Shown: positions 37,740 through 47,730 of the stretch, piece after piece
Numbering within the stretch: the stretch's first letter is position 1
Layout of the letters: each line of letters begins with the position of its first letter
Assembly: GCA_035352635.1 (NCBI GenBank)
Contig: DAOPYA010000006.1
Coordinates: 3,742 to 67,741 of the forward strand
From: Candidatus Rifleibacterium sp.
GTDB lineage: Bacteria > Muiribacteriota > Ozemobacteria > Ozemobacterales > Ozemobacteraceae
Direction: 5' to 3'
Length of the DNA: 64,000 nucleotides
Made by a program: the position numbers and the translations under genes
The notes under the pieces: generated by a model
Told to the model about the DNA's origin: nothing
The model's database searches: none
The model's input: the letters and a program-made list of their open reading frames with translations, nothing else

Positions 37740-40205
37740 TCAGGATTTGTCGGTCGGAAACAGAAAGATGAACAGACTGCTTAGTATGCGAAAGGGTAGC
37801 ATAACAATAAAATACAACAACCACACAGAAAATGCGATACCGAGCAAAAACAACGGAATATTAATCAGGGCGCTGACAATATTGGAGAGGTAGTTGTTCC
37901 AGATGCGGACGGTCCAGGGGGTAACGCCTTGTTCGTCAACTTCAACTGATTCGACATACTGGGTCGTTGAGGGGTCGTAGAAGAGTGCCTCGCCACGGTC
38001 TTTTTGTGGTTGGCCGTTCTGGCTCTCAGACCCGTCTTCGACTGTGCCGTGTATGGCACAGGTCAGTATGCCATCGGTAACGAGGTTGCCGATAGTGCCG
38101 TAGGAGCAGCCAATTTCTGGTCTGTTAAGGTCGCTTTTAAGGTATTTTCCTTCTACCAGATATGGGATTTCGTTGTCGGTGACCAGATCAAGCATTTCGG
38201 CGCTTTGGTGATCCATGTTATACATTTCTACGGCACCGAGCAGCACGCGCATGTTGGCGTAGCAGGCTTTTTCGCGGGATTGTTCGCGGGCTTTTCTGAA
38301 GTTTGGTATGGCAATGGCTGCAATGGGCAGAAACCCGGTTGCGCCCCATAATGACACGCCTTTCGCCTCGGTTTTGCGTATAACGGTGCGTTTAACCGGA
38401 GCGCCATGTTTGGCACGGGCCATAGCGGCGGCATGTCTAATGGAAGTCGCGCCGCCGGCTTCGGCGACCTGAGTGACCGGGGTAGTCGAAACAGCTATGA
38501 ACGAGGTGAACGGGGTCGAGAACTGAAATTCTTTGCTGAGGGCGATAACTTCGTCTTTAAGTTGCTGCTTCTGGCCATAGGTCTGCATCTGCAGCATCAG
38601 TTCGTCGGCCTTGGCTCTTGCCCAGTACCGGGCCGCAAAAAGGTTTTCTGAAGAGGTTGCCGGGAAGGAGGCCTGAATGGGGTATTCGTATTTTTCGGCA
38701 TTGATCTTGCCGCTCAGGGTTATCTGCGAATCGCCGGCGTTCTGATAGCGGCCGGTGACCACAAGCTGAGTGCCCTGATACATGTTTGGCAGGGTTTTGG
38801 GGTAGATATCGCTGGCTTCGATGCCTTTCATGTCGAGGGCCAGATCGACGAGCAGCGGAGTGCTGATCGACTGGTAGAAACTGATCAGTTCTTCGTCAAT
38901 GTTGGCCTTTTGTTCATCGAGATAAAGGGCTTCACCACGGTTTTCCATGGCGAGTTTGTTGAGAAGGGTCTGATTGACGCTGTTGCCGACCCCCAGGGTA
39001 AAAGTGCGCACCTGCAGGGTGTTGAGATTGTTGTAGTTGCGGGCGATGGTGTTGGTGTCGGTGATGCCGTTGCTGGCTTCGCCGTCAGTCAAGAAAACCA
39101 GGGTGCGGGTGCGGTCAGGGGTTTCGTCAAACAGGCTGAGAGCGTGGCGAAGCGATTCATCAATATTGGTACCGCCACTGGCACGCAATTGGTCGATAAA
39201 ACCGTGAGCAATATCGCGATTTTCCTTGTTTACTGGCATTAATTCGAGCTTCCAGAGCACGACAGTTGATGAAAAAGAGATGATACCGAAGCGATCTTTT
39301 TCGTTGAGTTTGTTAACAAAGAATTCAAAGGCCTTTTTGGTCTGTTCGATTTTATTGCCAGACATTGAACCGGAGGTATCCATGACGAAAACGATGTCGC
39401 GGTTGACGATGTCTTTCTGGGTGACGATTTCCTGGGGCGAGAGCATCAGCACAAAATAACCGGCTTTTGATGCATCGGGGCGGGTAGCCAGAAAATTGGC
39501 CGCCATTTTGTCGGCTTTAACTTCATAGTCAAGCCTGAAATCACTGTTTGATAAAAAATTATTCTTTTCAAACACCATTTTCCAGTTGGTGGGGGTGATT
39601 TTTTCGGCGTAGATGTCGTGGGTCAGCGAGGTAAGGCCGATAATTTCTTTCTGGTCGGAAACTTCAACGATGAGTGTAACAGCCTCGAGGGGCTGGGTCT
39701 GAAAACCAGCGATGTTAAAAGGCAGGCTGTAGCTAACAATACCCTTGTTGTAGGGCAGAATTTCGCTGTATTCTATGGTGACTGTGGCCCTGGATTTCGG
39801 GCCAATAGCGCCGATACTGGTTTCAAAAACGCCAGGCTGTTTCTGAACGGCCATGGCTGGCATCAAGCCTTCGGATTTGGCTTCGTTAAAAGTTTCTTGG
39901 GCCTGGCCAGATTCTTCAATACGACCTTCGTAAGTCTGGCCCTGGCTGTCGGTCAGTGAAAAATTCTGAACTGAGGCCTTTTCGTGCACCGGAAACTTGA
40001 TATTCGGCTGAATAGTAAAGTCGTGCGGGTTGTAAAAAACCATTTCGAGCCTGGTAATGGCGACCTGGCTGTTGATTTTGACGTTTACTTTCTGGTGAAC
40101 AAGCGGCAGATTGCCCTGAGAGAACACCAGATAAGACGCGTCGGCGGCTGAAAGGCCTGCGAACAGCATAACGATAATGATGATTGATAAAATAAAGTTT
40201 TTCAT
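37740..40205 (-). CDS. VIT + von Willebrand factor A (MIDAS DxSxS) protein fused to a pseudopilin-like domain, with a C-terminal membrane anchor
   Basis: Signal peptide MKNFILSIIIIVMLFAGLSAADA with GGGGAG RBS. VIT region. VWA DIVFVMDTSGSMSG. Remnant pilin helix FLPIAAIAIPNF. GspG-like ACYANMRVLLGAVEMYNMDH..LVEGKYLKS..C..HG. C-terminal hydrophobic segment of about 35 aa. Confidence 0.75.
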   Translation of the reverse strand: MKNFILSIIIIVMLFAGLSAADASYLVFSQGNLPLVHQKVNVKINSQVAITRLEMVFYNPHDFTIQPNIKFPVHEKASVQNFSLTDSQGQTYEGRIEESGQAQETFNEAKSEGLMPAMAVQKQPGVFETSIGAIGPKSRATVTIEYSEILPYNKGIVSYSLPFNIAGFQTQPLEAVTLIVEVSDQKEIIGLTSLTHDIYAEKITPTNWKMVFEKNNFLSNSDFRLDYEVKADKMAANFLATRPDASKAGYFVLMLSPQEIVTQKDIVNRDIVFVMDTSGSMSGNKIEQTKKAFEFFVNKLNEKDRFGIISFSSTVVLWKLELMPVNKENRDIAHGFIDQLRASGGTNIDESLRHALSLFDETPDRTRTLVFLTDGEASNGITDTNTIARNYNNLNTLQVRTFTLGVGNSVNQTLLNKLAMENRGEALYLDEQKANIDEELISFYQSISTPLLVDLALDMKGIEASDIYPKTLPNMYQGTQLVVTGRYQNAGDSQITLSGKINAEKYEYPIQASFPATSSENLFAARYWARAKADELMLQMQTYGQKQQLKDEVIALSKEFQFSTPFTSFIAVSTTPVTQVAEAGGATSIRHAAAMARAKHGAPVKRTVIRKTEAKGVSLWGATGFLPIAAIAIPNFRKAREQSREKACYANMRVLLGAVEMYNMDHQSAEMLDLVTDNEIPYLVEGKYLKSDLNRPEIGCSYGTIGNLVTDGILTCAIHGTVEDGSESQNGQPQKDRGEALFYDPSTTQYVESVEVDEQGVTPWTVRIWNNYLSNIVSALINIPLFLLGIAFSVWLLYFIVMLPFRILSSLFIFLFPTDKS

Positions 40206-40441
40206 CGTTGCTCCCCCTGATTTAATTCTGCCCCAGTATACCGCCACCGATTCAGAAATAATAATGATAAATAATTTCATCTGGCACCAGTGTACCGTGG
40301 CATATAATTGTTAGCAACCGGCATGCCATGTCTTAAAACCATGATCCATTCTGATTTAGCCAGAATATCGGCGAAATTGGTGCGACAAATATGACGCTAT
40401 TATTGTTCGTCGGGTTCGGGTGCTGTTTCGGCGGCAATAAT

Positions 40442-41056
40442 TCAGCGGGCTGGCGGAAAATCGGGGAAAATAAGATTGTGAGTGTAAAGGTCGGCGCCTG
40501 TTTTGATGCCACGCTTTTCGAGCTGATCGATCATACCGAAAAGAATTTCTTTGACGGCGCGGGTATCGGCCATGGCGCGGTGGGCGTTCACCAGGTCAAT
40601 GTTGAAGTGGCTGGCAACATTGCTAAGTTTGTTTGAACTCAACCCGAGAAACTTGCGGGCCAGGCGAAGGGTGCAGAGCGACGGCATGCGCAGAGGCTGG
40701 CGCAGGTGTTTCCTGAAAGCGTAGTCTAAAAATGACCAGTCGAAAGGCACGTTGTGGGCGACGAAGATTTTATCACGGAACAGCTCCGCGAGAATCGGTG
40801 CCAGTTCTGGCATTTTTGGCTTGCCACGCAACATGGCGTCGGTAATGCCGGTTAAGCGCGTGATTTCGCCAGGAACGGGCATTTCGGGATCGACGAGCGT
40901 CTCAAACAACTCTTCTTTGCCGTTTTGCAGTGAGATGATGGCGACCTCGGTAATTGCCGCCTCTTCGGGCTTGAAACCAGTTGTTTCAAGGTCGAGAATG
41001 ACAAACGGCAGTTCTTTGATTGGAAGATTAACAAAATCCGGCATTAAATTTTTCAT
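40442..41056 (-). CDS. DEDDh 3'-5' exonuclease (DnaQ/epsilon-like)
   Basis: FVILDLETTG Exo I motif. H-x4-D Exo III motif (AHRAMAD). Confidence 0.8.
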   Translation of the reverse strand: MKNLMPDFVNLPIKELPFVILDLETTGFKPEEAAITEVAIISLQNGKEELFETLVDPEMPVPGEITRLTGITDAMLRGKPKMPELAPILAELFRDKIFVAHNVPFDWSFLDYAFRKHLRQPLRMPSLCTLRLARKFLGLSSNKLSNVASHFNIDLVNAHRAMADTRAVKEILFGMIDQLEKRGIKTGADLYTHNLIFPDFPPAR

Positions 41057-41150
41057 GCAGATATGGTATAACTAACGGGTAAAATGGTCAAATTAACCGT
41101 TTGTGCCTGCTCAAGCGCCTGGCAGACAGCGGTTTCATCGGAGGGCAGTG

Positions 41151-41522
41151 ATGCAGATGCAACGTCTCAAGGGCCTGGTTGAAAGTGTTTTTGCTGACCG
41201 GGTCGTGGTAGTAGCCGACAAGACCGGCGCAGAATATTCTTTCGACCCTGACGAACTGCCTGGGGCGGCCAGGGGTACCCGGGTCGATCTGTTGATTACC
41301 CCATCAGATGAAGATGGCGGTTTTGCGTCAATCATTTCGATCAAAACGCAGAAGCAGATTAAGCCGCTCAAAATGGCAAGCTTTGCCACCCTGGTCGGGC
41401 ACATGCTCAAAACCCGCGACCGTCTCAAGGCAACTCTTGCCGAATCAGTCGATGCAGATACTCAGAATGAACTCAACGAAAAAATAGCCTGGCTCGACCG
41501 CGGCATCAGACTTTTTTCATAA
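41151..41522 (+). CDS. Hypothetical protein
   Basis: ORF with no recognisable domain. Start chosen at MQMQ. The frame is open from 41103. Confidence 0.4.
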   Translation: MQMQRLKGLVESVFADRVVVVADKTGAEYSFDPDELPGAARGTRVDLLITPSDEDGGFASIISIKTQKQIKPLKMASFATLVGHMLKTRDRLKATLAESVDADTQNELNEKIAWLDRGIRLFS

Positions 41523-41609
41523 TAAAAACCGTCGCCCGGCACCAGCAATCGAAAAGCAGTATCATGGGTTTACATAATCACGCGAGGGCAAATCAATTAC
41601 ATGCCGCCG

Positions 41610-42224
41610 TCACTTGACCGGCGGGCAGATCAGCGGGTCAGGCAACTCAGCCAGCACCGGAAACATACGGTTGGGTGACATCACCACCAGATCGCTGACT
41701 TTGAGATGACGTTTCGCCATTTTTCGGGAGCGCAGCAGAATTTTCTGCAGTTCTTCAGCATGCCCGGGCTTGAGATCTTTGCTCAGGGTTATGTGTGGCT
41801 GATAGTTGTGACGGTCGGCATGTGGAAAAATCTCGAACTCGCCGAATTTTTCGCAAACCTCGTTATGCAGATTCTGCAGGGCCTGACAGGGCAGAACTTT
41901 TAAAAAGATGACAGTAGCGCGACCTTGAGCGTATCTGAAAACGTCGAAGCCACGCACATAAATTTTAAGGGGCAGATATCTGGCGCAAATGCTGTGAATC
42001 GAAGGCAGCAAGCCGATAATGCGCTGGTCATCAAGAAATTCTGAAGAAAACCCGAGAAACTTCACGGTCAGATGTGCTGTTTCAGGGGGTTCAAAAGAAT
42101 CGCAGACCCTTAGCAATTTCTGCTGGCAGGCGGCCAGATAGCTGCGAAAAATAGCCGGCACCCTGAATGCCAGCGTATAGGGCAGATTGCGATTGTTTTC
42201 GTCAGCCTGTTTCTGGTTGGTCAT
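41610..42224 (-). CDS. 2H phosphoesterase (LigT/ThpR-like RNA 2',3'-cyclic phosphodiesterase)
   Basis: Two H-x-T/S-x motifs (HLTVKFLG, HITLS). The track start at 42275 is GTG, so ATG 42224 is preferred. Confidence 0.65.
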   Translation of the reverse strand: MTNQKQADENNRNLPYTLAFRVPAIFRSYLAACQQKLLRVCDSFEPPETAHLTVKFLGFSSEFLDDQRIIGLLPSIHSICARYLPLKIYVRGFDVFRYAQGRATVIFLKVLPCQALQNLHNEVCEKFGEFEIFPHADRHNYQPHITLSKDLKPGHAEELQKILLRSRKMAKRHLKVSDLVVMSPNRMFPVLAELPDPLICPPVK

Positions 42225-42317
42225 TTTGAAGAAAGTGCAGGAAACGGTTTGCGCCGTTCCCTGCACTTGTTGCACATTTTAGCCGGCTTTCGATCTGAAA
42301 CGATGACCGGCAGAGTA

Positions 42318-43808
42318 TTACAGATTCTTCAGGACCCCGGTCTTTTCATTGAACGCGGTGATCATTTCATCCCAATGTTTGATAACTTCTTCGCTGAATG
42401 CGTCTTCCCAGAATTCGGGATCCCAGAGTTCGTTGAGTTCTTCAACGGTTTTGCCCTGCTGTTCAACCCAGGTATAATACTTGAAGTTGTGCAGGCGCTT
42501 GCGGTCATGATAGTTGAGTTCCATCATGTTCTGGCTGCCTTCACCAAGCATGAAGCGTTCAAAGTCTGCAAGAGCGCGTTCGCCGGTCATTTTGCCATGC
42601 TGATGTTCGAGTTCGCCGAGGCGCGACTGATACATTTCGGCCGAGTCAGTCAGACAGGTGAACAGAATGTCGTTTTCGTCCATTTCATAGAACTTGGCGG
42701 TCTTTACGGCTGAAAGCACATTGCTGACGCTGCTGACGCCGAGGAGCGACAGCTTTTCGATGACTTCGGGCTTAACACCAGCATTTTTAAGCATTGCGTG
42801 ACCTTCGGGGGTGTTGAATACCCTGAACAGCCTCATGCAGTTTTCATCATCCACGGCAACCACCGTGTCGGTATTGCGGGTGTTGTGAATCCAGGGAACA
42901 TGCTTGTCGCCGATACCTTCAATGCGGTGACCACCAAACCCGCAGTTCAGCAGGGTGGGGCACTGAAGTGCTTCAGAAGCGACGATGCGGGCGTGCGGGT
43001 GAATGTGTTTGATGCGGTCGCCAGCGGCGATGGTGCCGGCTGAACCAGTCGCGCTGACCCATGCGGCCATGCGGCTGCGTGGCCCTTTGACCTTTTCAAA
43101 TACTTCAAGGGCGGCGTTGCCGGTCAGGTTGTAGTGCCAGATCGGGTTGCCGATTTCGGCAAACTGATTAAAAATTACGATATTGTTGCCGCGTTCTTTG
43201 ATGAGTTCCCAGCATTTGTCGTAGATTTCTTTGACGTTTGATTCGCAGCCGGGGGTGGCGAAGATTTCGCTCGTGCCGATTTCTTTGAGCCAGGCGAAGC
43301 GCTCGGGGCTCATATCCTGGGGAAGAATGGCAATCGCGGGTGAGCCGAGCAGAGCGCAGTCATAAGCGCCGCCGCGGCAGTAGTTGCCGGTGCTTGGCCA
43401 GACGGCCTTCTGTTTTGTCGGGTCAAATTCACCGCTGACGAGCCGCGGAACCAGACAACTGAAAGCAGCCCCGACCTTGTGAGCGCCGGTGGGAAAATAC
43501 TTGCCGACCAGACCGATGATGCGGGCTTTGACGCCGGTGATGGCGCTGGGCAGTTCAACAAAATTCACATCACCATAAAGACCGGTTTTGGTATCGTTTT
43601 TCCAGGTGATGCGGAACAGGTTGCGGGGATTGACATCCCAAAGACCGAGCGGCTTAACCTGCGTTTTGATTTTTTCGGGGATCAGGTTGGGGTTTTTCTG
43701 CTGGGCAAAAGTCGGAATTACCACATTGCGTTCTTTGGCGCGGTTAACGGTATTTTTGATTACTTCATCATTTACATGAAGTTTGAACTTTTTTAAATAC
43801 TTAGGCAC
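42318..43808 (-). CDS. PLP-dependent fold-type II enzyme (tryptophan synthase beta / cysteine synthase superfamily)
   Basis: 496 aa. Lys-containing GAHKVGAAFS region. Gly-rich PLP phosphate loop. Adjacent to carbamate kinase. Confidence 0.65.
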   Translation of the reverse strand: MPKYLKKFKLHVNDEVIKNTVNRAKERNVVIPTFAQQKNPNLIPEKIKTQVKPLGLWDVNPRNLFRITWKNDTKTGLYGDVNFVELPSAITGVKARIIGLVGKYFPTGAHKVGAAFSCLVPRLVSGEFDPTKQKAVWPSTGNYCRGGAYDCALLGSPAIAILPQDMSPERFAWLKEIGTSEIFATPGCESNVKEIYDKCWELIKERGNNIVIFNQFAEIGNPIWHYNLTGNAALEVFEKVKGPRSRMAAWVSATGSAGTIAAGDRIKHIHPHARIVASEALQCPTLLNCGFGGHRIEGIGDKHVPWIHNTRNTDTVVAVDDENCMRLFRVFNTPEGHAMLKNAGVKPEVIEKLSLLGVSSVSNVLSAVKTAKFYEMDENDILFTCLTDSAEMYQSRLGELEHQHGKMTGERALADFERFMLGEGSQNMMELNYHDRKRLHNFKYYTWVEQQGKTVEELNELWDPEFWEDAFSEEVIKHWDEMITAFNEKTGVLKNL

Positions 43809-43823
43809 GATTTGGCTCCTTGG

Positions 43824-44774
43824 TTATGGGTATACGTGAGTGCCGGCTTCGCCTTTAACGGCGCGGGCAAGATTCTCGGGGTTAGTGATGATGGCATGCT
43901 TGCCACCGTTTTTAATGAACTTGATAATTGCTTCGCATTTCGGAAGCATAGAACCTGGCTTGAAATGGCCTTCTTTGCAATATTTTTCGAGTTCGGCGAC
44001 CGTAACTTTTTCGAGAGATTTCTGATCGGGTTTGCCGAAGTTCAGGCAGGCTTTTTCGACGGCGGTCGATACGATGAACATGTCGGCCTTGATATTCGAG
44101 GCAAGAAGTGCTGACGCAAAGTCTTTGTCGATTACAGCGGCGGTACCTTCAAGGTTGCCTTTGTCGTTGCGAATAACCGGAATCCCACCGCCACCAACTG
44201 CCACGACGCAGAAACCCTTGTCGGCGAGAGTGGTAATCGCATTTTCTTCGATAATTTCGAGGGGCAGCGGTGAGGCTACCACCCGGCGCCAGCCACGGCC
44301 GGCGTCTTCAACCATCGACCAGCCGTCATTCTTGATGCGGTCTTTGGCTTCGGCTTCAGTGTAGAACTGACCGATCGGTTTGCTCGGCTTTTTGAAAGAC
44401 GGGTCGTTTTTATCGACGAGAACCTGCGTTACTACAGTTACTACTGGTTTGCTGATTCCACGTTTTTTGAATTCATTGCCAAGGGCCATCTGAAAATTGT
44501 AGCCGATGGCGCCCTGAGTATCAGCACCGCATGAATCAAGCGGAACCGGGTGCAACTGACTGCGTGCGATTTCGCTGCGCAGCAGAATAAAACCGACCTG
44601 TGGCCCGTTGCCATGCGTCAATACAACGTTATAACCCTGTTCGATCATGTCGGCGACATGAACCATGGTTCTGCAGGCTGCATCATACTGATCTGGTACC
44701 GACTGATGCTTGCTGTCGAGAATCAGTGAATTGCCGCCTACCGCGACTACTGCGAGTTTACCTTTTGCTGCCAT
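43824..44774 (-). CDS. arcC: Carbamate kinase
   Basis: MAAKGKLAVVAVGGNSL..GNGPQVG motifs of the amino-acid kinase family. Confidence 0.85.
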   Translation of the reverse strand: MAAKGKLAVVAVGGNSLILDSKHQSVPDQYDAACRTMVHVADMIEQGYNVVLTHGNGPQVGFILLRSEIARSQLHPVPLDSCGADTQGAIGYNFQMALGNEFKKRGISKPVVTVVTQVLVDKNDPSFKKPSKPIGQFYTEAEAKDRIKNDGWSMVEDAGRGWRRVVASPLPLEIIEENAITTLADKGFCVVAVGGGGIPVIRNDKGNLEGTAAVIDKDFASALLASNIKADMFIVSTAVEKACLNFGKPDQKSLEKVTVAELEKYCKEGHFKPGSMLPKCEAIIKFIKNGGKHAIITNPENLARAVKGEAGTHVYP

Positions 44775-45066
44775 AAAAGTGTCATTCCTTTGTCAGTCAG
44801 CGACTGACTTTGCATATTATGGGTGTAACGAAGCGCCTTCAGCCTTCATTATATTGCCTTAATCGACTTTCCTTGCGTTTTTGTTAGTCTGAATCGAAAT
44901 TTTCTGCACCGATTATACCTGCAAATATTTAAAATGTAAACTTTCCAACGAACCAGGGTATTTAAATACACCTTGAAAAAGGCAATAATGAGGAAATTTT
45001 ATTTTAATCAGTGGTTATAGTTTAATATGCAACAAAGGTGTTCTTTCAATCGTATGATAAAAAAAA

Positions 45067-45696
45067 TTGGGGGTTGATATGCTGGCGAAAAATCTCGTTT
45101 TGAGCGCTTTCCTGGGTGCTGTGTTCTTTTCAGCCGGCTGTGGCAGCCAAGCGACTCCGGCCGCAAAAATCGTCAGCGTCAGTGGCCAGGTTGAAGCTAA
45201 AATCACAGCTGAACAGGGTTTTGCGACTGCGGCAGGCGATATGCAGCTGATGGCAGGCGGTGCCGTGAGAACTGCCAAAGATTCTTCTGCCAGCCTGATG
45301 ACCCTCGCTGATTCTGCAAAAGTCGATGTTGCGGCTGATTCATATTTTGAAGTGCGTGCGGGCAGCGACAAAATTGGGTTTCAGGGCGAGGGCAAGGCGG
45401 TTTATGACGTTAACAAACAGCAGAAATCTATTGTCGTTGAAACCAGGCATGGCAATACGGCGGTTCTCGGTACAAGATTCGGGCAGATAGTTTCGAGCAG
45501 CTCTTTTGAACTTTATGTTGCCAATGGCAAGGTTGAGTTTACAAATAAAACTGGTGAAAAACGCCAGGTTGGTGCCGGCCAGCAGCTAATCTGGAATACT
45601 TCAGAGGCGTTGCCGACGGTCGTTGAAACCAATGTGGTCGAATCAGAGGCAATTTTTGGCTCGGGTGACCGAAGCTTTGAATTTAACCGCCACTGA
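45067..45696 (+). CDS. Lipoprotein with FecR-like beta domain
   Basis: Lipobox LSAGC. Beta-rich FecR-like composition. First gene of the pilin-like operon. Confidence 0.5.
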   Translation: MGVDMLAKNLVLSAFLGAVFFSAGCGSQATPAAKIVSVSGQVEAKITAEQGFATAAGDMQLMAGGAVRTAKDSSASLMTLADSAKVDVAADSYFEVRAGSDKIGFQGEGKAVYDVNKQQKSIVVETRHGNTAVLGTRFGQIVSSSSFELYVANGKVEFTNKTGEKRQVGAGQQLIWNTSEALPTVVETNVVESEAIFGSGDRSFEFNRH

Positions 45697-45778
45697 CAAT
45701 TCAACAGTTTTTCTCAATGCTGCAACAAAAATGATATGCTGACCGTATGCACTTTGTCTGTTAAAGCGAGTTCGTTCG

Positions 45779-47203
45779 ATGGGGGCAAACATGAGATCGT
45801 TTAAAACAAGGCTTGGCATGGCCTTGCCTTTCACGATAATAGCGATGGTTGTGGTAGTTGGCTTTATCATGACCATGAGTCGCATGAATCAGGGTGTGAA
45901 AAACCAGATTTTTCACACCAATAATCACCAGTTGTCGTTTTTAATGGCCTATTCAGCCCTTTCACGGGTTTGTGCCAAAATACACTCTTTTTCGTGGGCG
46001 AATCGGCCGTTTGTTACTGACCCTCTGGTTGAAAACAAAGTGGCTCTGCAGGGTGGCGAGTATGATCTGCTCGTCGAAAACAGCAAAAACCGCGACTTTC
46101 AGGCTGATGTGTATGTGCGCACTCATCTGGCAGGCATTTCCAGAATGTATTTCTGGCGTGTAAGATTTAACGATGACCTGCTCGATGTGTCTAATCAGAT
46201 TTTTGTCGAAGCCTTTTTGAATGCTGATCCAAAAGATTTTCCGGTAGCTGGCAAGGCTAACCCCTTTGCCAGCAGAGTCGAAAGCATGCTTGCCCAGCGA
46301 GTCGCCAACCAGAAAAAATCCGACCAGCTGGCTCGTGAAATCATCAAGCTTAAAAAGCCCAATGATATTATCAAAGAGATTAATGGCCGGCCGATCGCGC
46401 CTGGCGACCCGGGCTTTCCACCCCCGCCTGAAGACATTGAAATTGCAAAAAAAGAACCGGTCGATGTGCCGCAGATGCCGCCACTCCCCGGCTCCGAAAA
46501 GCCATCCGCGCCTGGCCCCAGGGTCAACGTTCCGCCTTCTGCCACCGACAGCATGGTCGGCATCAATATGAATGCAAAGATGGCAAGTGTCGTCAGCTCT
46601 TCAAAATCGGCCTACGACTACACCGACCAGGGCTGGAAAAAAATTGAAGAGAAGGGAGTTGGGGGGATGTCAGAAGCGACTGATCTTCACACCCAGGCTG
46701 CCGAAGCCCGAGAAAAGGCCTTTGATGATATGAGCGATTTGATAACCGATGCCAGAACAGGCATCAATGACGCACCCAGCTCCGGTGCCGCAAAGGCCAT
46801 CGAAGAAATGGTTTCCCAGACGATCGTCGCCGGCGTGCAAAACCTCGGAAACGCCCTCAACCGAGGCATGGATCACCTTGACAACAACGCCGGCAGTGAT
46901 TATCTCAACTCATTGCCAACTGCAGAGTCGGTTGCCAAGCTTACCACCGACTGGGAAACCGCCCTGGTTAACGTAACCGCAGATGTTACCCGAATGACTG
47001 AATTGGCCAACGAAATCGGCCCATTTGCCAAGGCACCCGAAGTCGAGGCGGCTCTTGCAGCTGCCCTCGAGCAGGCCAGAGCTAATGTTGAACAGTTGAC
47101 CAAACTGGTTGAAGATGCAAAAAAGAGGCTCGAAGAACTCATCAAAAAAGAAGAAGAAGAAGCCGAGCGCCTTCGACAGCAGGAAAACGAGAGCCAGCAA
47201 TGA
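45779..47203 (+). CDS. Pilus/pseudopilus-associated protein with degenerate N-terminal pilin-like helix (PilX/GspK-like), Pro-rich linker and C-terminal coiled coil
   Basis: N-terminal LGMALPFTIIAMVVVVGFIMTMS. PPPPEDIE/PPLPGSEKPSAPGP linker. Stop overlaps the next gene's start (ATGA). Confidence 0.5.
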   Translation: MGANMRSFKTRLGMALPFTIIAMVVVVGFIMTMSRMNQGVKNQIFHTNNHQLSFLMAYSALSRVCAKIHSFSWANRPFVTDPLVENKVALQGGEYDLLVENSKNRDFQADVYVRTHLAGISRMYFWRVRFNDDLLDVSNQIFVEAFLNADPKDFPVAGKANPFASRVESMLAQRVANQKKSDQLAREIIKLKKPNDIIKEINGRPIAPGDPGFPPPPEDIEIAKKEPVDVPQMPPLPGSEKPSAPGPRVNVPPSATDSMVGINMNAKMASVVSSSKSAYDYTDQGWKKIEEKGVGGMSEATDLHTQAAEAREKAFDDMSDLITDARTGINDAPSSGAAKAIEEMVSQTIVAGVQNLGNALNRGMDHLDNNAGSDYLNSLPTAESVAKLTTDWETALVNVTADVTRMTELANEIGPFAKAPEVEAALAAALEQARANVEQLTKLVEDAKKRLEELIKKEEEEAERLRQQENESQQ

Positions 47204-47730
47204 AAATGCAGCACAAATCCGGAACCACCCTTGTCGAGCTTCTTGTGGTAATTGGCCTGGTGGGTTTGATCGGGGCCGCCGGCATGCACTTTTTTACCTC
47301 CGTAAACACCAGCCAGAAGGCTTTTTCGCAACAGGCGATTCTTCAGATGGAATCGCGCAAGGCATTCGACCAGATTATCGATCAGATTCGCGAGGGCACT
47401 GATGTAATCAGGCCTGTCACCGGCGAAACCATGCATTATATGGTTTTTCGCGACCTGCTGAATCAGGTGAACATGTTGTATCTCGAACCAAATAATGATG
47501 AATCAGTGCGCCTTAAACAGAGGGTTTACCGGCTGGTTTCATACTGCAATGATTTTTCAGGGGCATATAACAAGGCCAATGAAAAGATTTTGCACAATTC
47601 AATCAAGCAGTTACGGTTTTCGAGCCTTTCGCCTTCAAGCGTGCAGGTTAATGCAACCGTCGTCAGTGATAAGGGCGAATATCAGTTTCTCGCCCACGTC
47701 GGTTTGTTGAATGTCGGGGGGATCGAATGA
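47200..47730 (+). CDS. Prepilin-type N-terminal cleavage/methylation domain protein (minor pseudopilin-like)
   Basis: SG/TTLVELLVVIGLVGLIGAA with Glu +5. Confidence 0.7.
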   Translation: MKMQHKSGTTLVELLVVIGLVGLIGAAGMHFFTSVNTSQKAFSQQAILQMESRKAFDQIIDQIREGTDVIRPVTGETMHYMVFRDLLNQVNMLYLEPNNDESVRLKQRVYRLVSYCNDFSGAYNKANEKILHNSIKQLRFSSLSPSSVQVNATVVSDKGEYQFLAHVGLLNVGGIE

